From the human T2T-CHM13v2.0 reference genome, Homo sapiens, in assembly GCF_009914755.1 (NCBI RefSeq), contig NC_060926.1: a stretch of DNA of 64,000 nucleotides, one strand, 5' to 3'. Positions 28,074-41,120 of the stretch are shown here, one piece after another (within the stretch, counting starts at the first letter, position 1; every line of letters starts with the position of its first letter). The notes under the pieces are model-generated. The model was given only the letters and a program-made list of their open reading frames with translations, had not been told where the DNA came from and searched no databases. The translations under genes and the position numbers were made by a program.

Positions 28074-28879
28074 CTGCTGCTGTTTTAAAAGCTGGATAGC
28101 TTAAGCAGAGTAAGAGTACAGAAGGAAGATTAGAACAGAATAGTGGACTGAGTACACGTGTGCCTATTCTTTCCACCCCAAATACTATAAATGAAATAAA
28201 TATATGTTAAAGATGTGCAATACAGGACTGTAAGACATTTTTATATTGAATTTATCTGAAGTTTAAAATTGCTGGGAGAGAAAAAACTGTTTGGAGTATC
28301 GTGGTTCATATGTCCTCCCCTGCAAGAGTAGAAATTGAGACCATCAAAACCATGTGGTTTGTTGGAGCATTGATTCCTAAAAGAAGGGAAGATGGACAGA
28401 CAAAAATAAAGCATGTTTAACACGCAAACACTTGCTACAGGGAGACCTTCCCCACCACCATACTGGTTATTTGTCAAATTTTAAGAAACTTGAATTACAA
28501 AAAGAGAAGCTGCCCTCTTGCAGTTTGATTTGAGCAGAATTCACATTTTTTTCAAGTTGATATGCAAATAGCCTATACGAATAGTAAAGTTTAGTTTATA
28601 TATATTTTATTAAATCCATAAAACATTCCTTAATTATTTTGAAGCTAAAACTACTCATGACTTTGTTCAGTTTTGGAAAATTTCAAATTATCATTGCTTC
28701 AAATATTACTTCTCCACCATCCCCTCCATTCTCTTCTTCTAGAACTTCTGTTAGAAATACATAAGAATATTTACATCTTTCTTCCATATGTCTTCATTGC
28801 ATTTTCATATTTTAATCTGTGTTTGGGGTGAATTATTCATAGTATCTTCTCATTTGCTAATTCTGTCTTTTACTATCTC

Positions 28880-29350
28880 AGTGTAACAATTATCTATCGC
28901 TGCCTAACATCCTTCAAAATTTAATGGTCTGAAATAAGAACAACTTATTTCTTATGATTTTGTGGAATGCCTAGGTGGTTTTCCTGCTAGTCTTGCCTGT
29001 ACTGGCTCATGGAACTACATTCACGGTCAGGTCAGTGAGGGTCTGTGCTTTGCTAAGCTTTTGAGGTAGCTGAGGTGACTGAACCTCTCACTCCACATGC
29101 TCTCTCACCACTCAGGAGGCTAACCCAGACTCTGTGTCAGGATGGTTCTGGTGTTCCCAGCAGCAAGAGCATATAAGACCCCCAACGTTCAAGTGCTTTT
29201 GAAGTCTCCACTTGCATCACCTTTGCTAGTGATCCATTGGCTAAATCTAGTCACATTGCCTATCCAAGATTCAAGGAGTAAAGAAATGGACTCCACCTTT
29301 GATGGAAGGAGTTACAAAGGATGTATGGCCATTCTTTGCAATTTGCCATA
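28880..29350 (-). mobile_element. MLT1 (H-like) LTR
   Basis: 'tatctatcgctgcctaac...aaaatttaatggtctgaaa', 'ccattggctaaatctagtcacat', 'gactccaccttttgatggaaggag'. Confidence 0.6.
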
Positions 29351-30403
29351 TCTTGCTATAGTTTATCCATCTTCTGTACTTTGTATTACAAGAATAGCTT
29401 TTTATTTCAAATATTTCTTCTCCTTTTTCGTATCCATGTGTTCTTTTATATGCATATTTTATTTCATGTAATCCTGTTCTTTGCCATGATTTTCATTTCT
29501 TTGTTTCTTTCTTTGAAAAATCAAAAATTTTAAAAAGTCTTTGTCATATTGTGCCATAAAACTGATTTTGTCCAGGGGGAATTTATGTCCTGATGATTTT
29601 CTTGGCTGTCTTTTCTTTTAGGTAAGTGTCAAGGGTTTAAAACATACTAAGCTTTATCATGGTGATTGTTATCATTATTACTTCACGATTCCTCATTGTC
29701 CTAATTGTTTTCTCATAACTTTGTTTTTCATTTTCTCTGTTGGTTGTCTTTTTCATTATTACTTCTTTCATGAGTTTCATTTTGAGATGTAGGTTTTGTT
29801 TGAATTTGTGGATTGGGTTTGTTCTCAGTTTCTCTCCTCTACCCATACCAGTTTTATTTGTTCTCTCACTCCTTCAGACCTCAGGTCCAGAATTGAGTTT
29901 TGCAGTGTTTTGGTATTCCTATACTATTGTGACCTGTGGGTTTGTAAAAAATTCAGGCCTTGGGTCCTGAAAGCAGTTTGACTCAGTTCCTAATCTTAGT
30001 CCTCTTGCTCCCTTAGCCCCAGGCGGTAGGGCAACAGCAAGAAGGAGGGCAACACCAAGCTTTCTTTCCTTAGCTTCTTTTCACAGGAGTGAGAACATGT
30101 TGAACTCCAAGCTGTAAGACAGGCTCTGGTTCCCCATCTCCTATGGAAAATTTCTAGCATCCTTCACTTCTACTTCCAAGCCCATCACCTGTCAGACCTT
30201 CAGATTCAGTCCTGCTTACTCATTCACGTATCTGTCAGTTTATGGGCCATGAAGGTGTTTACATGTTGTCAACTCTATGGCTTTTACATTTTATCTTTTG
30301 GGGGTATAGGTTTGGACTAGATGAAGTATATTACACATGAATAGATCATCCAATACAGCCCCACAATAGTTTTAGCAAAACACTTTGTATTTACTCAGAA
30401 GTA

Positions 30404-31225
30404 GACAATAAGCACATTAAAAAGGTGCCCAATATCATTAGTCATTAGGGAAATATAAGTTAAAACCACAATGAGATGCCACTGCACAACTGTTAGAATA
30501 GCTAAAATTAAAAACTGATCATACCAAGTGTGGGCAAGGAGGTGGAGCAACAGGTGCTTTCATACATTGTTAGTAGGAATGAAAAATTGTACAACTAACT
30601 TGGAAAATAGCTGGCAGTTTCTAAAAACATTAAACATATACCTACCTTCTGATTCCACCATTCCACTCTTAGGTATTTATACAAGTGAAATTAATACATT
30701 TGTCTATACAAGCACTTGTACATAAATGTTTATGTCAGCTTTATTAGTAATAGCCAAAAATGGGAAACAACTCCAATGTCCACCAACATTGGGTAAAAAA
30801 AAAAAGAAAAAGAAAAGAGAAAAAGCATGGTATATACATATAATGAAATGCTACATGGCAGTAAAAAGGAATGAACTATTAATATATACTGCAGTATGCA
30901 AGAATCTCAAAATAATTATGCTGAGTGACAGAAACTAATGAGAAAAGAATACAAACTATATTATTCCATTGATAAACATTCTGGGAAATGCAAACTTTCG
31001 TGACAAAAGTAGATAACGAGTTGTCTGGGGATAGGTATGGGAAGCAGGGAACAATGGGAGGTAGGGATTATAAAAAGTCATGATGGAACTTTTGGGAGTG
31101 ATGAATATGTTCATTATGGTGATGGTTTCACAGTAAATACATGTCAAAACTCACCAAGTGGCACACTTTAAGTATATCCAGTTTACTGTATGTCCATTAT
31201 GCCTCAATAGAGCAATTTCAAAAAT
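30404..31225 (+). mobile_element. L1M (L1MB/ME-like) ORF2 end and 3'UTR
   Basis: 'catcattagtcattagggaaat'-like, 'aaaaccacaatgagatgccac', 'attccactcttaggtatttat', 'gcagtaaaaaggaatgaacta', 'ataattatgctgagtga'. Confidence 0.85.
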
Positions 31226-31319
31226 TAATTTGATGGTATCATAAATTTCTGAGCTGGTTTAGCTTGAACATATCAGTTTCACCTAAAAGACAACTATAAT
31301 ATTGACAAAAATATTGATG

Positions 31320-31570
31320 ATGATAAATAATATTATTTGGCACATTGCCAAGCTAATTATTATGCTAACCATTTTAGAAGGTCATCACATTTGATCCCCT
31401 TCAACAAACTTATCAATTAGGTGCTACTAATAACCAAATTATATAGATAAAGAAACTGAGGTCTCAAAAGACTAAGTAACCTGTCCAACAGGTGACACAC
31501 ATGTTAAGTGGCAGAAATGGAGTTTGAACCATGTGTTATGGCTCTAGGGCTCAAGCTCTTAACACTATCC
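31320..31570 (-). mobile_element. MIR SINE
   Basis: 'tatagataaagaaactgaggtctcaaaagactaagtaacctgtccaa...aagtggcagaaatggagtttgaacc'. Confidence 0.75.
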
Positions 31571-32463
31571 CAAGTAGGGTGGGAAAGGACAATTTGCCTC
31601 ACTCTTACTCAGTTTCCTAGTCTTGTCCTTTAAAACTGTCCTCTCAAGAAAAAAAAAAAAACACAAGAAAATAAAACTGTCCTCCCTCCCAACTCTGTCC
31701 CACTCCCATTTTTATCTTCTCCTCCTAGAAAAGGCCATTAAGTCAGTTCCCAGGATGGGAATCAAGAACCTTTTGGCTATACTTCACCAGGTCACATATG
31801 TAAGGGAAAAATTATAAACGAGGTGGGAACATATGATGTGTCCTGGCTAGTTAATACACCTACTGATCACCTCTGTCTGTCTTTGACTGGGTTATTTTAA
31901 AACTTTTTAGAGATAGAAATTATACATAACTGATGGTAATGCAAATAATTCCTGTCCATAGAAATGCACATTGTATCTGGTAGAATGCAACTGATTATTT
32001 GCCTGTGGACAATTACCTTTTTGTTTTTTGCCAGTTTTCCATCCATTTATATATTCATTTCAGTATTCCTCAGACTGTAAGTTGCCTATTGAACTGATTG
32101 TAATGTCTACTGATTCCTTCATTAATTAATGAGTTAAATAAAATCTTTGCATGTGATAATTTCATATTTGTATAAGCTATTATTTTATCCTTTTTAAGAA
32201 AGCCTATTTTTTAACACATATATATTATAGTACAATTTAAAATAATTTTTCAAATGTTATCTAACTGAGCAGCTCACTGAATTTAGTAAGCTCTTTCTAT
32301 TCTTGTTCTATCATAATCTTCCCTTATGTGTGTGTGTGTGTGTGTATACATACATACATATATATATATATATATTCAGTGACTGAGAATTTCCATTTTA
32401 ATATAATGGTGTCTTCTATTATTTTAACCAGATACCTATATTTGAAATACCAGATACCTATGA

Positions 32464-32647
32464 TATCTGGTAAAAATGAGAGGAAAATGCTGAATGTTTT
32501 CTACAAGAAAAAGAAGTAAATTAATATTAATATATAGTATATGTCAGTACAGTTTAAGGTATATAAAATATCATTGATGCCATCCTTATGAATAAATGTT
32601 ATTTTATCTGAGATGATATTTAAAATATTTAAAAACCTTCAGGCAAT
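32464..32647 (+). repeat. Copy 1 of ~185-bp local direct duplication (partner 33208-33397)
   Basis: 'tacagtttaaggtatataaaa.atca.tgatgc..tccttatgaata.atgtt' shared by both copies. Confidence 0.9.
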
Positions 32648-33207
32648 GGTGGGCTCCTCCATTGATCGAATTAAGAACAGTAAGATTTGGGAGTGGAAAA
32701 TAGAGACTAGATATAAAATAAAGGTGCAGAAGTAAATAAAGATTTTTTTTCTTTTCCAATAAAGGTATGGAAAGTTTAAAAAGAAGAGCAGAAAGAAAAG
32801 TAAATGCAGGCCTCAGGACTGCCTTCTTGTAACATCTGCAAGGAGAAAGGAAGGAAGCCAAGTACATGTTCTTTGGCTTGAAGTTATCATAGAAAGAGCT
32901 GAGGCCACATAAAATGAGAATTTGGAAAGAGTAAGAAATACCTGCTTTATGATGATGAGCATATTAAATACAGATGACTCAAAGCTTTTTCCCATTCCAG
33001 TATCCAAGTTTTTCTCTGTACCTTGGTTAAGACAGTAAGAAGATAGGAAACAGGAGATGAGGAGGCCTGTCCAAGATGCAGGTTTTTGGAGCATAGGATT
33101 AAATAACCCTGGACATAGAAAACCAGAAAAGCATTGATTGATCCATAACTGAGCAAAAGATGCTCGCTTTTTAGATTCTGTGCCATAAAGAAACATGAAT
33201 TCGTGGG

Positions 33208-33397
33208 TATCTGGTTAAAATTCAAACACAGGAGAATTCTGAAAGTTTTCTGCAAGAAAAATAAATAAATGAATATTCAGTATATAGTGTATGTTATTAC
33301 AGTTTAAGGTATATAAAACATCACTGATGCTGTCCTTATGAATACATGTTGTTTCATCTGGAATAACATTTAAGATATTTAACAAAATTGAGGCATG
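33208..33397 (+). repeat. Copy 2 of ~185-bp local direct duplication (partner 32464-32647)
   Basis: Diverged copy ~745 bp downstream. Confidence 0.9.
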
Positions 33398-33735
33398 GGG
33401 AATACCTATGTAGATAAGGCTTTGGAGGCACCTTCCTGTGCCTGTCATTGACTTATTCCTTGCTGAATTGTGGGAAGTGCCGTTGGCCTCAGGGGAGTAA
33501 CCAGGACCACTGGGGAAGGGTCTGGCACTTGGAAGATCTGGGAAATTTACAAATTGTACAGAAGCATTTCACTATTTTCAATAAAGCACTATCTCTCCTA
33601 AGTACTTAGCACTGTCTGCCAAAGCATTCAAAGGACAAAGAATTTATAAGGGAATTGGTTACTATATGAGTTATGAAGATAAATAGCTATGAATAATAGA
33701 AAACCCTACCATTGTGGCTTAAATAGAAGGGTTTT

Positions 33736-33894
33736 TTAAAATTATACTTTAAGTTCTGGGGTACCTGTGCAGAATATGCAGGTTTGTTACATAGGTATAC
33801 ACGTGCCATGGTGGTTTGCTGCACCCATCAACCCATCATCTACATTAGGTATTTCTCCCAATGCTATCCCTCCCCCAACCCCCCACCCCCCAAC
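33736..33894 (-). mobile_element. Very short L1PA (L1PA7-like) 3' end inserted into an old MLT1-like LTR
   Basis: 'attatactttaagttctggggtac...gtgccatggtggtttgctgcacccatcaac...aatgctatccctcccc'; perfect 15-bp TSD AAATAGAAGGGTTTT (33721-33735, 33895-33909). Confidence 0.93.
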
Positions 33895-34323
33895 AAATAG
33901 AAGGGTTTTAAATAATGTTTTTAAAAAAGCTAGTTGGGAGCAGTGTAGGCTTGGGCAGCTGCACATTGCCATCATCAGGGACCCAAGCTTCTAGCATCTT
34001 CTACCCCAGTTATCCTTATCATGCTTGTTATGCCCCATGGTCATCAGTTGGTTCACTACACACCTAAGTTTCAAGAAAGAATAAGATTGAAGAGTGAAGG
34101 AGTAAATTACCTGTCTTAGGAGAGGAAAAACATTTGACACATCCACAGCAGACTTCCACTTGCTTCTCTGGCAGAATTATGTCACCTTACTTACTTTAGA
34201 TGTCAGGTAGTATCAGGAGGTCACTATTTTTAGTGATGCACTTTATTGCATCAAAAAAAATGAGAACTTGTTAGTAATGATGAAAAAAAATAAATATTAC
34301 TTAGGTAAAAAACAGTGTACACC

Positions 34324-34667
34324 TGCTATAAACAGAATGTTTGTGTCCTCCTAGAATGCATATGCTGAAACCTAATCCCAATATGATAGTATTTGGAGGT
34401 TGGGTCTTTGAGGTAAAGGTAGAGTTCTCATGAATGGGATTAGTGCACTTATAAGAAGAGTCCAGAGAGCTAGCTTGCTTTCTTTCCACTATGTGAGGAT
34501 ACAAGAAGATGGCAGTCTGCAACCAGAAGACCCTCATCAGCACCTTACCATGTTGCTACCCTATCTTGGACTTCCAGCCTCCACAACTGTGAGAAATAAA
34601 TGTCTGTTGTTTATAAGCCACCCAGTCTATGATTTTTTTTTAGTAACAGCCCTAAATGACTAAGACT
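34324..34667 (+). mobile_element. Solo MLT1A-like LTR
   Basis: 'tgctataaacagaatgtttgtgtcc...ctcatgaatgggattagtgc...ttggacttccagcctccacaactgtgagaaataaatgtctgttgtttataagccacccagtctatg...gactaagac'; TSD ACACC/ATACC. Confidence 0.88.
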
Positions 34668-37019
34668 ATACCATACTCATCTAAAACTCCATCAAAAACT
34701 AGAATTGACTCTACCAGTGAATTCTTAACGCATATGAAAAGTTCTTAAAATGGTAAAGTTCACTCTGCTATGGGCTTTAACATAATGTATTGTGTCACTC
34801 AGTAGATATTATATTTAAATTTCACATCTGCAAATACGTATATAATCACAACCTCATGTTTAAGTAGAAACCGATGTATTACTTACAAGCCATTTCCAAA
34901 CATGTATAATCACATTTCTGAGCCAAATTTCTCCATCCACGCAAAAAAAAACACTTCTCACTGATGATCACATAAAATCTGTTCATCAATGTAAGATTAA
35001 TTTTAGCAGCATTTGAGGAGAAAGAAAGGGCATAATTTTGAAAAATTTAAACTTACATGAGACAATCAAAGGTAAGGAAATTTTCAACCTAAATTTTAAT
35101 TTCAGAGTTATCAACCACCTCAAGGCAGTTATTTTGTGTTCTTCCTGATTCTGCTTTTTTTCTAAGGTAATCTTCAATTTCCCTTCTGTCTTTCTCTATT
35201 TTTGCTGTACTTAATTTCTTCTCCTATTCAGAACATAATTTTTACAAGAGCAATAGAGAGATTTTCTCCAAATTGCCCAACATTATATGCCTGTATTCCA
35301 GAAAATGGAATCTTTATCTGTCGCAAAGATGCTTTTTATAGGTTCTAATGCATCAAATCCAATACAATAAGTTATTCTCCCAGTTTAAAAACATCTTTGA
35401 TGAAATAATATGTAAGAGTTATTGGAGAATAACCCTTTCATAGAATGTTTGAGCATTGTGTTATTTAATCTGAATCCCACTTTTGGAAGAAAAGTGTTCT
35501 CACAATAGTTTCCTTTTGACAAACTGTTGATACAGCTGAATCCTCTACTCTCAGTGAGGCAAAGAATGGAGAATAATCAGGTAGAGATCAACACAGACAG
35601 TTGAGATGCTGATATCTCAGTGTAGCACAAGGAGTATTTATAATGCCTCAATCAAAAACTTAACAGGTCTCTAGGAAAAAAATAAAAGGGAAGTGTAACA
35701 AGTCATTTCTAGGAAAGATGTTGGTTCTATATTTAGGCTATACTTACATGCAATTCAAATTAACTCAGTTTAAATAGACTCAAATATGTTTTACAAAGGT
35801 TTAAGTCTGTTTACCCTAAACTTTCTTTCACTAATGATAGGTATGTGTAACTAATAAAACCTTGTATAGAAAGGTGCACCATACCATTAGAAAATAGTCT
35901 GAGAGATACAGTCTTGCCTATTTTGCCAGTTTCACAGGGTTATTCTGAAGGGAGAATAAGATAATAGATGTAAAAATGTTTTAAAGACTTATACGTGCTA
36001 TACAAATCATTTACTACAATCTACATCATAATGGAAATAAAATTAGTTCTTGGCTCTAGTTTTAAGGGATGGGTTTTGTATAAATTCAGAAGTTCCTAGA
36101 CTCATGGCTGGAAGGAAGTTCTACAGAAAGAGGTCCTTAAAGTATGACACCAGAAGACTCAGTCTTGTCAGGCATATATCCTTGTCTGCCATTCATGGGG
36201 ACTAACCTATTTTAAAATGAACTCATCTATAAATAGCTAGCTAACACCTGGAAATAATATTAATAATACACCAGATTTTAAAACACTTTACTCCTATTTT
36301 TAAAAGGAGGAAGGGAAGTGATGATACTAATATTCTTTATCAGATAACATTTCCAGGATTCTACTAGAGTCATGTGTTGTTTAGTGTAATCTAAATTCTT
36401 GTGTTTGTTTCATATTTTCCATGTGGACCTTAATTTTTTTAAACTGTTTTTTAAATTATAAGAGTACTATTCATACATGCTAGGATAAAAATGTTTAAAC
36501 AGAATGAAGGGGTAAAGATAGACATGAATTTTTGTGTCACCTCTTCAGCCCACCCACATTGAGTCCAAATAATTCAGAAAATTTAATAACATTTCTATAT
36601 TAAAAATAGTGTAATATTGCAATAAAGAATACTAATTTCCATATTTACTTGAAATGGGAAATGATCACATTTCTTAGCAATACCAAGCATCTGAAGTCCC
36701 AGGAGCAAATGGGTATCTTGAAAGATCCTAAAATTTTGAGCTTCCATGGCAGAAGACATATCTTCAGTTGCCTGATCTTATTTCTTGGTGTTTCCACATT
36801 CCTATTTTTTTAACCCCATGTCCCCATCTCAAACACAGAAAAGAAACAAATCTCTTTTTTATGTTTATATGAGAAACAGCAATACTAATTGGAAAAATAT
36901 CCAAATATTAATAATTTCATAGCCCAAGCTATCCCAGTTTTTTAGAATGTTCTCACAGGAAAAGCATTTACTACTACTATGACTGGCTACTGCTGCCATT
37001 ATTACTGATATTCATAGTA

Positions 37020-37260
37020 ATAATAATAATAATAATATGAGGAGCTACCATTTTCTAGTGGAGCATTTGCAATTTGTCACAGGCTTTGCCTGCATTTTCT
37101 CATATTTTTCTCACTATACACGTAAAGGCTTACCAAAAGCAGACTGAGATGAAAGATTTTAAGTAACTAACTTCGGGTCACACAGTAAGAGCTGAAGCCT
37201 ATGTGTGGAACCAGGTAGCGATCCCAGTATTCAGGGCTTTTTAAGTATTAGGCTTAACTG
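37020..37260 (-). mobile_element. MIR SINE preceded by (TAA)n
   Basis: 'taataataat...agctaccatttt...gactgag...aagtaactaacttcgggtcacacagtaagagctg'. Confidence 0.55.
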
Positions 37261-37829
37261 CTTTGCAGGCTCACAGACTTACCAAATGGAACTTCTAAAA
37301 GCACACCATTCTCCATTAGTAACAGCTTTTGTGGTTGCTAATATTATGACTTAAGGAAAATTACTCGAAATTATTTTTAAACCCTGTACTGATGTAAAAA
37401 AGTAACAGATTCTCAGAATAGAATTAACCCACAAAGATGCTTTGAAAATCTACTTCAAAAAGCACTCTGCCCGGCATAATTGACAACCTTACACATTTCC
37501 ATGGCTTTAACTAACACCAATGTGTGATGAAGTCCAAATCTTTAGCTCCAGTGCCACCTTCTCCTTCAAGTTTCACTCTCTGTAATTGTGCTGGGACTTT
37601 TCCAAGGGACTACCCCAAATGTACCTAAAAATATGTCTAACATGAAAATCATTTCCTCTAACAATACTATTATGTACAAATCCCTTTACTGGTTCTTGGT
37701 GTTCTGTTTTTCCCTTTATTCAACTTTATTACAATTTGTAGTTTCATATTTATTTGTTCATTTTTTCCTCCATCACTGAAGTGTTAGCACCAAGAGGGCC
37801 CGCATCAAGTTTATTCACACAAAATTGAA

Positions 37830-38232
37830 AGTTTTAAACTCTATCTGTACTTTGTGCTTTGACACACATCTTGCTTCTGCTTGAAATATTAATAATTTCC
37901 TCTTGTCTTGTTTTCCTTGACTAAATTCTATTTATCCTTCAACATCAGGCATGACTTCTAAAGGTAGCTTTTCCTTCCAAAGCCTCTTCTTTGTGCTAAT
38001 AGCACCCAGGGCCAACTGCTATTTCTGTCAATTATTGCCCTCTATTGTAATCATTATTGGTTTGTCTACCTTATTAGACCTTAAGTTTCTAGAGGGCAGA
38101 ATTAGTAATATTCCATTTGATATATCTATTATACCTGGTATGACCAGGTAAAATGCCTGGTCATCATAAGGGCTCAACAGACGCTTTCTTAATGGATTAA
38201 TGAGAAATTTCATGAGTGAAGGGGTGAATGAA
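37830..38232 (+). mobile_element. L2 3' end fragment
   Basis: 'tttatccttcaac', 'attagaccttaagtttctagagggcaga', 'tgcctggtcatcataagggctcaa', (TGAA)-like tail. Confidence 0.6.
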
Positions 38233-38589
38233 CCATATAATAGATTCCAAACATATGGCAGTTCTTGATACTTTAATATATAAGCATGTAAGCATAGTGC
38301 CAGGATATTACACCTAACAGATACTAAATTGCTAGCATTTTCACTTTTTCTTTTCTTTTATTTGCATTATCAGGAATTTCATCAAGATCTTTAAAATAAA
38401 GGTATACACACCACACAGAACACAATGGGGCATTGTAGTCTACTCGGGTTAATTGTGGAACTCTCCACTGAAAATAAGACATAATGATATATTTCTCCAC
38501 TTAAGGCCAAACTTAACATAGCAGCCCCATACTCAATCCCCAAAATGTGGCTGGATAAATTTCAAGACAGAAAGAAAGCCAATGTACTC

Positions 38590-39137
38590 GATGTTCTAAT
38601 ATTTATTACTGTGTAACAAATTATCACAAAACTTAGTGGCTGGAAACAACAAATATTTATTACCTCAAATAGTTCCTGTGGCTCAGGAATCTGGGTGTTA
38701 CTTAGCTGGATGGTTCTGGCTCAAAGTCACTCATGGGGTTGCAGTTCTGCTATCAGCCAGGGCTGGAGTCTCTGAAGTATCCACTTTTGAGCTCAGTCAT
38801 GTGGCTGTTGGCAAGCCTCAGAAGCTCCACTTCCGAGATCGTTCACATGTGCCTTTTCACAGGACTGCCTACAATATGGTGGCTGGGTTTCCCAAGATCA
38901 ACCTAAGAGAGGGCAAGATTTAAGAAAGAACAAAAGAGAATGAGCAAGAGTACTTAAGAGAGAAGCTGCAGTCTTTTTTTAACCTAATATAAAAAGGAAT
39001 ATAACATTGCTTCTGTCACACTGTATTTGCCAGAACTGAGCCACTGAGGCCACCATATACTCAAGGGGAAGTGATATACAAGGTGTGAATATCAGGAGGT
39101 GAGGTTCATGGGGGCCATCTTACAGGTTGTGTACCAG
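38590..39137 (-). mobile_element. MLT1 (F/G-like) LTR
   Basis: 'ctgtgtaacaaattatcacaaaacttagtggc', 'caggaatctggg...cttagctggatggttctggctca', 'caaggtgtgaatatcaggagg...ggggccatctta'. Confidence 0.8.
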
Positions 39138-40061
39138 AAATATATTCTCTGTATTTCAAATATATTTTAAACAGGAAAACATAGCAGAATATTACAGGTA
39201 AAATTGCACAGACATATAGGTGATGAAATCAAATAACCAAGAGGAAAGCCCTTAATATTAAAACTCAATGTTTAAAATGAATTCATGTTATGTAGAGGTG
39301 GCTTTTGAGACAGCATTTTGTGGGCACAACCCATGTAATAGTTATTAAAATGGTTATTTCTATGCTTATTTTGGAATTAGTGTCAGGTTAATGCTCTAGT
39401 TCTCAACATAATTCAGATTCCTCACCACCAAAATCTAACAAATGAAAATAGTCACTTGCTATAGATATTGTCTACTCTTTTTAACTATTACCACTGGCAT
39501 CATTTGACTTTTCTTCTTAACTAAAGGGGAAATAATGTACTTTTAATTACTGAGTTAACCATACTCTACTTATAAACTAACATATGTCTCTAGGTGGTTC
39601 AATGTGATTCCTTAAAATAAACTAACAGTTAATATAACCATGAAAATTTAAGCTTCTACCTCTGTTAAGACTTTAATGAATAAATATTAATTTGTTTAGG
39701 AAGACAAAATTGTACATCTCCTATAGCTTGAAAAACCAGCAAAAAATATAGATTATTATCCCCATCTGAAGCATGGCAGAAATTTCCTATCCTGTTTAAA
39801 GCCAATTTCATGCTATTAGCTTCATTTTTTTCATTTGTATGTAATAGCAAAATTAGACCTATAATAGGAAAGCCACATATTATTTGTTGTATCTTTTCTT
39901 AAATTATGGGTTTTTTTTTTATTGAACACCCTTTAATATATATACATCTCAGGCTTAAATTCTTTAATTCTTTTTTACAGAGATCGATTTTTAGTTTTCC
40001 AAAGCTCTGAGACCCCTGGGAAAGGGATGTTGTGATGAGCAGAGAAGAATGCTTAAGGTGA

Positions 40062-40170
40062 AGAAGGATCTGTTCCAGGCCTCCTAGCTGTTGCTAGTTC
40101 CTTGGCTTGTGGCAGCACAGCTCCAGTCTTACATGGCATTCTCCCTTCCTCCTCCCCTCCCCGTGGGTGT

Positions 40171-40204
<34 letters not shown>

Positions 40205-40427
40205 CTGTGTGTCTGTGTGTCTGTGTTTCTCTGTATGTGTCCAAAATTTTGCTTTTTATCAGGGTACCAGTCATACTGGATTTGCTGTCCACCTTACTCC
40301 AGCATGGCCTCATCTTAACTAGTTATACCTACAACAACTGTATTTTCAAATATGGTCACATTCTGGGGAATCAGGGATTAGAATTTCAACATATGAAGTT
40401 TGGGGAGACACAGTTCAACCCATACCA
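40062..40427 (-). mobile_element. MLT1B-like LTR fragment with internal (TG)n at ~40166-40225
   Basis: 'aaggatctgttccaggcctc', 'ccagtcatactggatt', 'ctcatcttaacta', 'ggtcacattctg', 'gacacagttcaacccata'. Confidence 0.82.
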
Positions 40428-40659
40428 AAGCCCGGGGAGTCTACTTGAGTCCACTGGCAATGATGAGCCACTAAGTAAAGATTTTTTGTGTGCTGTTAAT
40501 GGTTTTTCTGTTTTCTTTTAGTCAGGAAGCTGACATGTTCCAACAGGTCTTTTAAATAAGTGTGTCTTAGTTGTTGCGGGTAATAGTGACTGAAGGGGCT
40601 CTAACCTGGAGGCAGAGAGGCTAATTTTAAGCTGTTTGAGGGCTATAATCTAGTACATA

Positions 40660-41120
40660 GTCTACAAAGAGCTACATGATCTGGCCACCTACCTTTTCAG
40701 CCTCAGGGTAGTCCATTCTCTGCGCTCCACCCAAACTGGCTTTGACTCAGCATCATAAACACCCCAGGTCCTTTCCTCCTCGGTTTCTTTCAGCACTTTG
40801 TTCCATTATGCCTAGATTGCTCTCTCTGCTTCACTTAGTTAATGCACTGCTTCAGAGCCCAAGGTAAATAGCACTTCTTCAAGAAATCTTCACTTGAGCC
40901 CTCCAGACTAGATCTGTCTCTCTAGTTATTTGCTGTTTTAACTTTTCTTTCATCTGTGAAACTACCACAATTGTAGTTGTATGATTAATTTTACAATTTG
41001 TCATTTACTCTCTGTCTGCCTTGTTAGACTATAAATTCTGTGAAGGAGTGAAAGCATTTATCCTATATTGCCACAGTATAATGCCTTGTGCAGGGTAGGT
41101 CCACAATACATATCTGTTGT
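40660..41120 (+). mobile_element. L2 3' fragment
   Basis: 'tacatgatctggcc', 'tgttccattatgcctagattgctct', 'ttagactataaattctgtgaagg', 'gtaggtccacaatacatatctgttg'. Confidence 0.6.

Noticed and set aside
40053-40521. Cluster of ORFs with CVCVCV/HTHTHT tracts (also 5481-5669, 24835-25077, 32328-32519)
   Set aside because: Translations of (TG)n, (GA)n and (TA)n microsatellites
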